From assembly GCA_964508175.1 (NCBI GenBank), contig CAZDRU010000042.1, forward strand, positions 53,261 to 117,260: a stretch of DNA of 64,000 nt. Direction: 5' to 3'. The stretch comes from an uncultured Dehalococcoidia bacterium (GTDB lineage: Bacteria; Chloroflexota; Dehalococcoidia; Lucifugimonadales; CAZDRU01). Every line of letters begins with the position of its first letter. Within the stretch, counting starts at the first letter, position 1. The position numbers and the translations under genes were made by a program. Below the pieces are notes generated by a model, which saw only the letters and a program-made list of their open reading frames with translations, was not told the origin of the DNA and did no database searches. Below, one piece after another: positions 37,605-47,164 of this stretch.

Positions 37605-38423
37605 TTAGGTTTTTTTTCTCAATAATGTTGAAAGTGCAGTAGTTGTAATAAGTCCAGCATCAACGGGCAAAAGTATTCCAGTAACCCAACGAGATTCCTC
37701 AGAAGCTAAAAACAATGATGCCAGTGCTACATCCCACGCAGTTCCTTCCGTACCTAAAGGAGCTGCACGTTTACGAAGGTCACGTTGTTCAGAAGTCATC
37801 TTACCCGAAACCATAGGTGTATATATTAATCCTGTAGCTATAGCATTAACTCTAATATTATATTTCCCATGTTGAACAGCCATATTTTGAGTTAAGCTAA
37901 CTATTGCGCCTTTAGAAGTTGAGTAAGGAATACTATCATAAATGCCTAAACCCCTGATACCATTTACAGAAGAAATATTAATAATACTACCTCCATTAGA
38001 AAGCATCATTTTGGGTATAGCATATTTACTCGTCAAAACCATGCTTTTAAGATTAGTATCTATAACATTATCCCAATTTTCTTCCTCTACGGAGACAACA
38101 TTTCCAGATCCTAATATGCCTACGTTATTAACAAGAATATCCAGTTTCCCAAAAGAAGATATTGCTAAATCCACCATCTTCTTTACATGAGATATTTGAG
38201 TAACGTCTGTTTGACAAATTACTGATTAACCGCCAAAAGAAGTAATCATCTCAGCCGTATTCTTAGCATAATCAATGTTCTTATCAGCTAATAACACTTT
38301 ACAACCATGTTTAGCAAAAATAATTGATATAGCGCTTCCAACACCATCACCTTTCTTAGTAGAACCTGCACCAGTTATTATAGCTACTTTATTTTTAAGC
38401 CTTAGATCCATAATCAACTTCAA
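37605..38423 (-). pseudogene. Short-chain dehydrogenase/reductase interrupted by a single in-frame TAA (38226-38228)
   Basis: N-terminal fragment has the Rossmann motif AIITGAGS...GVGSAI. Reading through the TAA in the same frame gives ...FGG*SVICQTDVTQISHVKKMVDLAISSFGKLDILVNNVGI, then SSVNG and YSTSKGAI (catalytic S/YxxxK). I checked the frame codon by codon. Confidence 0.7.
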
Positions 38424-38463
38424 TTGATATATTATCTCATAATTTAATATATTTATTAGTAAA

Positions 38464-39432
38464 TTATTGTATAAGTAACAGTTTTCCCATCGTATCTCGA
38501 TTAGCTAAAAGCTGTTGAGCTTCTGCTGCCTCTGACAACGGTAATTTTTTATGAATACGGACCGACAACTTTCCTTCAGAAACCCAGTCAAAGATCGTAT
38601 CCGCACGAGGAATAATTTCTTCCCTGGAAAGAGTATGATGTTCTAAAGAAGGCCTTGCAAGACAGATAGATCCTTTCTTAGTTAATAATAATGGATCTAT
38701 AGGAGGAACTTTCCCGCTAGATTGTCCATAAAGCACTAAATACCCACGGGGTATTAAACAATTTATACTTGAATCAAAAGTAGTTTTTCCAACAGCATCA
38801 TAAACAACATTGACTCCTTTGTTAACAGTTAAACGTTTTACTTCTGATTCAAAATCTTGTTTGTTATATAAAATAATCTCATCCGCTCCAACTAATTTAG
38901 CAACTTCAGCTTTTTGTTCTGTAGATACAGTTCCTATGACATATGCCCCTAAACTTTTAATCATTTGAATAAGTAATAAACCAACTCCACCTGCAGCGGC
39001 ATGAACTAAACAAACATCACCCGCTTTAACAACATAAGTACTATGAGTAAGATAATGTGCAGTCATTCCTTGAAGCATAACTGCTGCTGCTATTGACAAA
39101 TCAACTGAAGAAGGAACTTTCACTAAACGCCAAGAGGGAACTACTGCATATTCAGCATAAGATCCCAAACAACCAGTATATGCTACATTATCTCCAATCT
39201 TAACTTCAGTTACTTCTCTACCTATTGCGGTAACTATACCAGCTCCTTCGAGTCCAGCTGTAACTGGCAAAGGAATGGGATATAATCCTTCACGTTGATA
39301 AATATCAATGAAATTAACGCCAGATGCTTTAAGTTTTACTAATACTTCTCTTTCAGAAAATTCTGGTATAACAATATCTTCATAAGATAAAACTTCAGGC
39401 CCTCCATTATGATGAAATCTAATTGCTTTCAT
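38464..39432 (-). CDS. qor: NADPH:quinone oxidoreductase (zeta-crystallin/MDR family)
   Basis: GGPEVLSYEDI, KASGVNFIDIYQREGLYP, AAAGGVGLLLIQ. Confidence 0.8.
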   Translation of the reverse strand: MKAIRFHHNGGPEVLSYEDIVIPEFSEREVLVKLKASGVNFIDIYQREGLYPIPLPVTAGLEGAGIVTAIGREVTEVKIGDNVAYTGCLGSYAEYAVVPSWRLVKVPSSVDLSIAAAVMLQGMTAHYLTHSTYVVKAGDVCLVHAAAGGVGLLLIQMIKSLGAYVIGTVSTEQKAEVAKLVGADEIILYNKQDFESEVKRLTVNKGVNVVYDAVGKTTFDSSINCLIPRGYLVLYGQSSGKVPPIDPLLLTKKGSICLARPSLEHHTLSREEIIPRADTIFDWVSEGKLSVRIHKKLPLSEAAEAQQLLANRDTMGKLLLIQ

Positions 39433-39468
39433 AATCTATTCTCCTTTCTAGCTAAAACTATAATGAAT

Positions 39469-40428
39469 TTACTGGGATTTATCAGCAATGATATTTCCTA
39501 AATATCCCGAACGATAATCTGAAAAAGCTTTTTCTAATTCTGAATAATTATTCATCACAAAAGGACCATACCAAGCAACTGGTTCTTGTATAGGTAATCC
39601 TCCTAATATTAATATTTCCAAATTATTAGACCTACTATCCTGGATTCGATTAGCTCCAATTTTGATAAAATCCCCCTGACCAAATAATATTGCTTGTCCA
39701 GACAAAATTGGTATTGTTTCATTCCCTACATATCCACTCCCACTAAGAATATAACCCAAAGCATTAAATGATTTTTCCCATGGAATTTCCATCACAGAAT
39801 CAGGATGAACACTAGCATGAATAATAGATACAGGAGTATACGTATTTCCCGGACCAGAAAAACCTCCTATATCCCCAGCAATAATTCTAATTAAAGCGCC
39901 TGTATTATACGTTGTAAGTAATTTAAGATTACTCCCATGTATATCTTGATACCTAGGATGAATTAATTTCATAGAAGAAGGAAGATTTACCCATATTTGG
40001 ACTCCATGAAAGAGTCCTCCTTTTAAAACTGCTTCTTCAGTAGGAGCTTCAATATGTAGTATTCCAGAACCAGCAGTCATCCATTGTGTATCCCCATTCC
40101 CAATAATTCCACCACCACCATTTGAGTCTTTATGTTTAAACTGACCATCTATTAAATAAGTAACTGTCTCAAAACCTCTATGAGGATGCCACGGTGTTCC
40201 TTTTGCTTCTCCAACTTCCCATTCAACTTCTCCCATCTGATCCATCATTATAAAAGGATCAATATCAGTTAATGAAAATTCTGAAAATGCACGACGGACT
40301 GGAAATCCTTCTCCCTCAAAACCTTTCGGAGCCATGGTTATATTTTTAACAGGTCTTAGAATAGCAGAATCTATCGGTTGTTGAATTTTATCTAAAGACA
40401 GTAAATTATTAACAGTAATTGCTGGCAT
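39469..40428 (-). CDS. Pirin-family protein
   Basis: WHPHRGFETVTYLIDGQFKHKDS, MTAGSGILHIE, bicupin length (319 aa). Confidence 0.85.
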   Translation of the reverse strand: MPAITVNNLLSLDKIQQPIDSAILRPVKNITMAPKGFEGEGFPVRRAFSEFSLTDIDPFIMMDQMGEVEWEVGEAKGTPWHPHRGFETVTYLIDGQFKHKDSNGGGGIIGNGDTQWMTAGSGILHIEAPTEEAVLKGGLFHGVQIWVNLPSSMKLIHPRYQDIHGSNLKLLTTYNTGALIRIIAGDIGGFSGPGNTYTPVSIIHASVHPDSVMEIPWEKSFNALGYILSGSGYVGNETIPILSGQAILFGQGDFIKIGANRIQDSRSNNLEILILGGLPIQEPVAWYGPFVMNNYSELEKAFSDYRSGYLGNIIADKSQ

Positions 40429-40466
40429 AATTGAAAACCTTACCTTAATTCTTATTACTTAGCATT

Positions 40467-41051
40467 TCAAGTCAAAAATCGAGCTTTAGATACAAAATAA
40501 TTATCTCTAATAAAAAATCTTAATTTTCTTTTCAAATCTTTTTTAACTCCAACTCTATAAGTCGATTGAATCTCTATTTTTTCAGTATTATTTAATATAA
40601 ACAATTTGCCATTTTTATCAGTTATTTTAGTATTATTAAAATCTTTTGTTATCATCAATGATTGAGTCAATTTCCCTGGCCCATTAGTTAAATTTATTCC
40701 TTTGTTTTTTCTATGTTTCTCCATAGTTGTAATCCCTGTTAATGGTTCTATAGCTCTAATAAGAACTGCAGATGCTATATTCATTGGCATAGTTACAATA
40801 TTTAAAAGCCAATTAGCATGCACCATATAGATAAAAATCGTTCCAGGTTCATCCCACATTAATTTTGCAAAATTGTTATAGCCTTTGTAAGCTCTAGACG
40901 CAGGATCATTTGTAGAATAATAAGCTTCAGTTTCAACAATTTTACCTGCTAAAACTTCATTACCTATATTTCTAACAATAATTTTCCCTAAAAGTTGTTT
41001 TGCAATAAAAGCTGCATCTTGTGAATAAAATTTTTTATTTAAAATACACAT
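40467..41051 (-). CDS. mpg: DNA-3-methyladenine glycosylase (MPG/AAG family)
   Basis: FYSQDAAFIAKQLLGK, VETEAYYSTNDPASRAYKG, PGTIFIYMVHANWLLNIV. Confidence 0.85.
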   Translation of the reverse strand: MCILNKKFYSQDAAFIAKQLLGKIIVRNIGNEVLAGKIVETEAYYSTNDPASRAYKGYNNFAKLMWDEPGTIFIYMVHANWLLNIVTMPMNIASAVLIRAIEPLTGITTMEKHRKNKGINLTNGPGKLTQSLMITKDFNNTKITDKNGKLFILNNTEKIEIQSTYRVGVKKDLKRKLRFFIRDNYFVSKARFLT

Positions 41052-41213
41052 AAAAATATCGTTTTTTTGTTTTTGGAAAGAATTATTATTAACAAGAAAA
41101 TACTACACAGAAGAATTGAATTTCACAAATCTTGAAATTAAGTTCTTTTACTTGAATATTTTTATAGATTTATAGTATCTTTTATCTAAAATTATTTAAA
41201 AAGAGATTTTAGT

Positions 41214-42230
41214 ATGACAACTACACTTACAAAGGTACTAATTGTTGGATGCGGAGCTATGGCTCGAGAACATATTAAACGCATCCTTCCTAACTTTAAA
41301 AATACTGTGATTCCTATAATATGTGAACCTTCAAATGAAGCCTATTTAGAAACTATAAAAATATTTAAAGAAAATAATCGTCCAGAACCTATAAACGAAC
41401 CTGACTTAAAGAAAGCACTAATAAAGTATGCTAATAAATTAGACGTAGCTTTTATTATCACGCCTCATTCAATGCACTATTCTCAAGCGAAAATGTGTAT
41501 GGAAGCTGGACTTGATATACTAATTGAAAAACCTATGGTAATGAACCCTAAAGAAGCAATTGAACTGATAAAAACACGAGATCACACGAAGAAATTAGCA
41601 GCAGTAGCATTTCAAGGAAGCATGTCTCCTCAGATTAGAACTGCTATGCAATTATTAGAATCTGGAAAATTAGGTCGAATTACAAATATTTCTGGAATAG
41701 TATGGCAAAATTGGGCAAAATCTCAAGCTGGACAATGGAGATCAAATCCTGAAATTTCGGGAGGCGGATTTCTTTTCGACACAGGAGCTCACCTTTTAAA
41801 TACTGTAGCAAATTTAGCTGGTGAAGATTTCACTCGAATTTCTGCAATATTACATAAAGGAGAATATAAAGTAGAGATATCTGGTGTAATCATGGCACAA
41901 CTTAAATCTGGGATATTAGTAACATTAAACGGTTGTGGCGAATCTATAATTTCCTGTGCTGCAGATATACGTGTATTTTGTACAAAAGCCATTTTAAGAA
42001 CAGATTCATGGGGGAAATTCTTAGATATTCAATGGCATCGAGAAACTGGATGGGAAAAAGTAAATGTTCCCGAATCTAGCGGGGTTTGGGAAGAATTTCT
42101 TTCTGTGAGAGAAGGTAAAATAGCAAATCCTTCACCATTAGAACTAGGATTACGAACTGCAAAAATGTGGGAAAACATTAAAAAATCTGCAGCAAATAAT
42201 GGAAATCCTATCGAAATAAAAAACAATTAA
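41214..42230 (+). CDS. Gfo/Idh/MocA-family NAD(P)-dependent oxidoreductase
   Basis: N-terminal Rossmann VLIVGCGAMAREH. EKPM motif (ILIEKPMV). Confidence 0.7.
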   Translation: MTTTLTKVLIVGCGAMAREHIKRILPNFKNTVIPIICEPSNEAYLETIKIFKENNRPEPINEPDLKKALIKYANKLDVAFIITPHSMHYSQAKMCMEAGLDILIEKPMVMNPKEAIELIKTRDHTKKLAAVAFQGSMSPQIRTAMQLLESGKLGRITNISGIVWQNWAKSQAGQWRSNPEISGGGFLFDTGAHLLNTVANLAGEDFTRISAILHKGEYKVEISGVIMAQLKSGILVTLNGCGESIISCAADIRVFCTKAILRTDSWGKFLDIQWHRETGWEKVNVPESSGVWEEFLSVREGKIANPSPLELGLRTAKMWENIKKSAANNGNPIEIKNN

Positions 42231-42268
42231 TACATAATATTCACATTAAATAAAAATAGGAGAAAACT

Positions 42269-42991
42269 ATGATTAAATTACCTAAAGTTACTGTATGGAA
42301 CGAATTTCAACAAGAAAAAACAGATAAACCTGTCGCTCGAGTTTACCCTGAAGGAATACATTCAGTTATTGCAAAATATCTAAAAAGTGAAGGATTTCCT
42401 GTACAAACAGCAACATTAGACGAAAAAGAACATGGATTAACCGAAAAAACATTATCAGAAACAGATGTTTTAATTTGGTGGGGACATAGATCTCATCAAG
42501 ACGTAAGTGATGATATCGTAAATCGGATTTATCAAAGAGTATTAGATGGAATGGGACTTATAGCACTACATTCCAGTCATTTATCAAAAATTTTCGTCAA
42601 ATTAATGGGAACAAGTTGTTTATTAGGATCTTGGCGAGAAGATGGGAAAAAAGAATCTATATGGGTAATTGAACCTAATCATCCAATTGCAAATGGACTA
42701 GGACCTTCATTTGAAATACCTCAAACAGAAATGTACAGTGAAAGATTTGACGTGCCAAATCCAGATACATTGGTATTTATTAGTTCTTTTGAAGAAGGGG
42801 AAGTATTTCGAAGTGGATGTTGTTATAACAGAGGTCTTGGTAAAATATTCTATTTTAGACCAGGACATGAAACTTATCCGATATTTTTTCAAAAAGAAGT
42901 ACAACAAGTTATAAAAAATGCTGTACTTTGGGCAACTCCTCAAACAGAAATCAAAGCAACTGAAGAATGGACAACTCGCATAAAAAAATAA
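42269..42991 (+). CDS. ThuA-like (trehalose-utilization, class-I glutamine-amidotransferase-like fold) protein
   Basis: VTVWNEFQQEK...YPEGIHSVIA, DVLIWWGHRSHQDV, GLIALHSSHLSKIF, IEPNHPIANGL. Confidence 0.75.
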   Translation: MIKLPKVTVWNEFQQEKTDKPVARVYPEGIHSVIAKYLKSEGFPVQTATLDEKEHGLTEKTLSETDVLIWWGHRSHQDVSDDIVNRIYQRVLDGMGLIALHSSHLSKIFVKLMGTSCLLGSWREDGKKESIWVIEPNHPIANGLGPSFEIPQTEMYSERFDVPNPDTLVFISSFEEGEVFRSGCCYNRGLGKIFYFRPGHETYPIFFQKEVQQVIKNAVLWATPQTEIKATEEWTTRIKK

Positions 42992-43035
42992 TTCTATTTG
43001 ATTAATAACATTTTTTTATAATTAGGAGTTATAAA

Positions 43036-44193
43036 ATGAAACGAAAACTCAGGATGGGAATGGTAGGAGGAGGAAGAGATGCCTTTATAGGGCCAATTCA
43101 TCGAATATCTGCCTCAATGGATAATAAAATTGAATTAGTATGTGGAGCTTTTAGCAGTTCAGCAAAAAAATCACAATTAAGTGGCAAAGATTTATTATTG
43201 CCAGCTAATCGAATTTATAACAACTACGAAGAAATGTTTGTTAAAGAAAGTAAATTGCCCCAAAATAAAAAAATGGATTTTGTATCAATTGTTACTCCAA
43301 ATAATATGCATTATCCAATTGCAATGAGTGCTCTTGATCACGAATTTCATGTAGTCTGTGATAAACCTATGACAATAAATATCAAAGAAGCGGAAAATTT
43401 AAGGAAAAAAGTTCAATCTACAAACAAATTATTCTGTCTGACTCATAACTATACTGGCACTCCAATGGTAAAAGAAGCACGTGAAATGATAATTAATAAT
43501 CAACTGGGACCTATCAGACGAGTAGTTGCAGAATATCCTCAAGGATGGTTATCTGAAAATATCGAACAAGAAGGGCAAAAACAAGCATCATGGCGAACAA
43601 ATCCTGAAATTGCAGGATTATCCTCTTGCATGGGAGATATTGGAACACATTGTGAAAATTTAATTGAATATATAACTGGACTTGAAATCACTGAACTATG
43701 TGCTGATCTTAATACATTTGTAAAAGGACGTGGGTTAGATGATGACGGAAGTATTCTTTTGAAATTAGGTAAAAACACACGTGGAATACTATGGGCTAGT
43801 CAAATCGCCATAGGAGAAGAAAATGGTTTGAATATTCGAGTATATGGTGAAAAAGGCTCCCTAGAATGGCATCAAAAAGAACCAAATACCCTTTTAGTTC
43901 ATTGGCTAAATAAACCAACTGAATTAAAAAGAACAGCAACTCCCTTTGTAGGAAAAACTTCGATTTCCAATACACGTCTTCCTGCAGGACATCCAGAAGG
44001 ATATATTGAGGCATTTGCAAATATTTATAATAATTTCGCTAATGCTTTATCAAATGAAATACTCAAAAAAACGAATAAATCAACGAAGTATGATTATCCA
44101 AGTGTAGACGACGGTGTTCGTGGAATGTTATTCCTAGATGCAGTGATTAGAAGCAATAAAAACGAAAAAAAATGGACTAAAATAACTAAATAA
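43036..44193 (+). CDS. Gfo/Idh/MocA-family oxidoreductase (ThuB-like size class)
   Basis: MGMVGGGRDAFIGPIHR, VVCDKPMT, WRTNPEIAG. Confidence 0.75.
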   Translation: MKRKLRMGMVGGGRDAFIGPIHRISASMDNKIELVCGAFSSSAKKSQLSGKDLLLPANRIYNNYEEMFVKESKLPQNKKMDFVSIVTPNNMHYPIAMSALDHEFHVVCDKPMTINIKEAENLRKKVQSTNKLFCLTHNYTGTPMVKEAREMIINNQLGPIRRVVAEYPQGWLSENIEQEGQKQASWRTNPEIAGLSSCMGDIGTHCENLIEYITGLEITELCADLNTFVKGRGLDDDGSILLKLGKNTRGILWASQIAIGEENGLNIRVYGEKGSLEWHQKEPNTLLVHWLNKPTELKRTATPFVGKTSISNTRLPAGHPEGYIEAFANIYNNFANALSNEILKKTNKSTKYDYPSVDDGVRGMLFLDAVIRSNKNEKKWTKITK

Positions 44194-44216
44194 TAATTAA
44201 AAAAACGGAGGCAAAA

Positions 44217-45209
44217 ATGATTAGGCCAGTTACTTTATTTACCGGACAATTTGCAGATATACCTATCAAAGAACTTGCCCCTAAAGCTGCTAAATGGGGA
44301 TACGAAGGATTAGAACTAGCTTGTTGGGGAGATCATTTAAATGTAGATCTTGCAGCTAAAGATATGAACTATGTAAAAACCCATTTAAAAATGTTAAAAA
44401 GTTATGGACTAAACGTTTTTTCAATCAGTAATCACTTGGCAGGTCAATTAGTGTGTGATCCAAACGATGATTCTCGTTCAGATATGTTCGCACCTAAAGA
44501 ATATCATGGACAACCAGAAGGCAAACGAAAATGGGCTATTCAAACAATGCTAAATACAGCAAAGGCTGCTAAAAATTTAGGAGTTGAAATAGTAAACGGT
44601 TTCACTGGCTCATCCATTTGGCATATGATTTATAGTTTTCCTCCAGTAAGTGACGAAATAATTGAAAATGGTTTCGAATATTTCGCTAAAATGTGGAATC
44701 CTATTTTTGATGAATTTGACAAAAATGGAATAAAATTTGCTTTAGAAGTGCATCCGACCGAAATCGCATTTGATATTATAACTGCAAAACGAGCTCTTAA
44801 AGCTGTAAATTATCGGAAAACTTTTGGATTTAATTTTGATCCCAGCCATTTATATTGGCAAATGTTGAACCCTGCAAAATTTTTACAAATTTTTTCAGAT
44901 CGAATATATCACACACATATGAAAGATGCAGCTATAACTTTAGATGGAGAATCAGGCATTTTAGGATCTCATTTAAATTTCGGAACTCATGGACGTGGTT
45001 GGGATTTTCGTAGTCTTGGACGTGGAGATATTAACTTCGAAGAAATTATACGAACTTTAAACCGAATTAATTATAAAGGTCCTTTGTCTGTAGAATGGGA
45101 AGATGCAGCTATGGATCGAGAATTTGGAGCAACAGAAGGATGTAAATTTGTTAAAGATTTACAATTTAATGCTTCTGATCGAGTTTTTGATGAAGCTTTT
45201 GGAGAATAA
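44217..45209 (+). CDS. Xylose-isomerase-like TIM-barrel protein (sugar phosphate isomerase/epimerase superfamily)
   Basis: WGYEGLELACWGDH, FALEVHPTEIAFD, HTHMKD, SVEWED metal-ligand-like pattern. Confidence 0.75.
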   Translation: MIRPVTLFTGQFADIPIKELAPKAAKWGYEGLELACWGDHLNVDLAAKDMNYVKTHLKMLKSYGLNVFSISNHLAGQLVCDPNDDSRSDMFAPKEYHGQPEGKRKWAIQTMLNTAKAAKNLGVEIVNGFTGSSIWHMIYSFPPVSDEIIENGFEYFAKMWNPIFDEFDKNGIKFALEVHPTEIAFDIITAKRALKAVNYRKTFGFNFDPSHLYWQMLNPAKFLQIFSDRIYHTHMKDAAITLDGESGILGSHLNFGTHGRGWDFRSLGRGDINFEEIIRTLNRINYKGPLSVEWEDAAMDREFGATEGCKFVKDLQFNASDRVFDEAFGE

Positions 45210-45211
45210 AA

Positions 45212-45673
45212 ATGCACTTTAAAAAATTAAACATTATTTCTATTTTTTTTACTTCGCTACTCTTAATAATTTTATTAGCCTGTACAGATTCAAACACTAA
45301 AACAGAAACTCATTCTATTAATTTAAACATTAAAAACGGCACATTAGTCGAAGAAATAACGATTAAAGCAAATCAAAAAGATACTATTATCTTTAATATA
45401 AGAAGCGACCAACGAGGAATTGTTCACTTACATGGATATAATATCGAAATGCCTGCAGAAAAAAACATCCTAAACACCTCAACGATAGAAGCAACTACAA
45501 CAGGCAAATTTGCTATTGCTTTTCACTTTTCAAATCATCATGATGATCATAAAGAAAGTGATCATGATGATGATCATAAAGACGCTGAACATAAAGATGA
45601 TGATCATCATGATGATGATCACGAAAAAACAACAGAAACTCATTTAGGATATCTGGAAATATGGCCTAACTAA
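45212..45673 (+). CDS. Lipoprotein with a cupredoxin-like beta-sandwich and a His/Asp/Lys-rich tail. Function unknown.
   Basis: Lipobox LLAC. The pattern ITIKANQKDTIIFNIRSDQRGIVHLHGYNIE...GKFAIAFHF resembles cupredoxin-fold domains but lacks Cys. Tail HHDDHKESDHDDDHKDAEHKDDDHHDDDHEK. ATG lies 2 nt after the upstream stop. Confidence 0.6.
   Translation: MHFKKLNIISIFFTSLLLIILLACTDSNTKTETHSINLNIKNGTLVEEITIKANQKDTIIFNIRSDQRGIVHLHGYNIEMPAEKNILNTSTIEATTTGKFAIAFHFSNHHDDHKESDHDDDHKDAEHKDDDHHDDDHEKTTETHLGYLEIWPN
45536..45622 (+). repeat. Coding low-complexity His/Asp/Lys repeat (CAT/GAT/AAA-rich)
   Basis: DNA reads catcatgatgatcataaa...gatcatgatgatgatcataaa...gatgatgatcatcatgatgatgatcac, which encodes HHDDHK.SDHDDDHK..HKDDDHHDDDH. 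Confidence 0.8.
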
Positions 45674-45682
45674 AAGCAAAAA

Positions 45683-47158
45683 ATGATTCTCAAACATATA
45701 TTAGTCAATAAATTTTTTCGAGTTGGTTTTTTAATATCAATATTTTTATTAATCTTTACTATATTAGATATACAACTTATTTCTGCACATGGATTTGGTG
45801 AACGTTATGATTTGCCGGTTCCTTTAAATTTATATTTACTAGGATCCGCTATAACAATTTTACTCTCTTTCTTAATCATCGCTGCTTTCTTCAAAGTTAA
45901 CACACAAAAAAAACCATTAGCCATTTATATCCCAATCCCCAAAACAGTTTTCTTTTCTTTAAAATCAATATTAAGCACTATATTTTTATTAATCTTTTTT
46001 CTTTTTATCATATCTGGATTTATTGGAAATCCACTTCCATTAAGAAATGTCGCACCAATACTGTTGTGGATAATGCTTTGGATTGGAACAATGTTTGTTT
46101 CAAGTATGATTTTTAATCTTTGGCCCACTATAAATCCATGGAAAACAATGTTTGAAATATTAGAAAAAATAATTAAGAAAACACTAACTAAAAAGAATAT
46201 TTCAAGCTTAAATTTCGAATATCCCAAAAAACTTGGAATGTGGCCCGGTGTAATATTACTATTCTTGTTTGTCTGGATAGAAAATGTTCATCCAGCTTCA
46301 TCTTCTCCCAGATTACTAGCAATGCTTGCTACTCTTTACTCTTTATTAACTTTGACTGGAATGTTTTATTTTGGCAAAAATATTTGGTTAAAAAATGCAG
46401 AATTTTTTTCAATATTTTTCCATTTTGTATCACGATTCTCTCCTTTACATATTAGTGAAAATTTACCTAAAAACACTCCGAAAAATAAACTAATTATTGA
46501 AATAACATTATATGGTTCGAAAGTAATTAGTAGCACAATCAACTCTTTCAGTAAATTATGTTTTATACTCCTCATGTTATCTGCTATAACCTTTGATGGA
46601 TTAAAAGAAACACCTATATGGAATACAATTGATTCCTTTGCATATCAAATACATCCACAATTAACACCTGCTCCAATAAAATCTTTAGGTTTATTAGGTA
46701 CATTTTTAGGTTTCACCTCAATGTATTTTGTCTTTTCATGGATAATGAAACAATTTGCTCAAACTTCTCTCAACCCCGAAGATATTGCTAAACTTTTTGC
46801 GACTTCTTTACTTCCTATTGCTATTGGGTATCATATTGCTCATTATTTCACTTATTTAATAATTCAAGGACAAATCTTAATATTATTAATATCTGATCCT
46901 TTTGGTTTTGACTGGAATCTTTTTGGAACTGCTGACTATACAATAAATATTTCTATTTTGAACGCTAAATTTGCATGGTTTCTAGGAATTAGTGCAATTG
47001 TAATAGGACATATTTTTGCTGTAATTATTGCGCATGTAATAGCATTAAATAATTTCAACAAAAACCAAGCTTTAAAAAGTCAATATCCGATGTTAATTTT
47101 AATGATTCTTTACACAATTTTTAGTTTATGGATAATAGCACAGCCAATAGTTGCTTAA
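45683..47158 (+). CDS. Polytopic (~12 TM) membrane protein of unrecognised family
   Basis: Signal-like N-terminus ending ...QLISA|HGFGERYDLPVPLNLY. Paired His motifs in late helices (IGYHIAHYFTY, VIGHIFAVIIAHV). Starts 9 nt after the lipoprotein gene. Confidence 0.7.
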   Translation: MILKHILVNKFFRVGFLISIFLLIFTILDIQLISAHGFGERYDLPVPLNLYLLGSAITILLSFLIIAAFFKVNTQKKPLAIYIPIPKTVFFSLKSILSTIFLLIFFLFIISGFIGNPLPLRNVAPILLWIMLWIGTMFVSSMIFNLWPTINPWKTMFEILEKIIKKTLTKKNISSLNFEYPKKLGMWPGVILLFLFVWIENVHPASSSPRLLAMLATLYSLLTLTGMFYFGKNIWLKNAEFFSIFFHFVSRFSPLHISENLPKNTPKNKLIIEITLYGSKVISSTINSFSKLCFILLMLSAITFDGLKETPIWNTIDSFAYQIHPQLTPAPIKSLGLLGTFLGFTSMYFVFSWIMKQFAQTSLNPEDIAKLFATSLLPIAIGYHIAHYFTYLIIQGQILILLISDPFGFDWNLFGTADYTINISILNAKFAWFLGISAIVIGHIFAVIIAHVIALNNFNKNQALKSQYPMLILMILYTIFSLWIIAQPIVA

Positions 47159-47164
47159 AAATCC

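Noticed and set aside
37942-38190. The plus-strand ORF spanning the gap between the two SDR fragments, as a real gene explaining the split.
   Set aside because: It is antisense to clear SDR coding sequence and has no motifs. The split is fully explained by one in-frame TAA on the minus strand.
45536-45622. The CAT/GAT-rich repeat as a non-coding microsatellite or array-like repeat.
   Set aside because: It is in frame within a well-defined ORF and encodes a His/Asp/Lys tail. The units are imperfect and have no spacer architecture.
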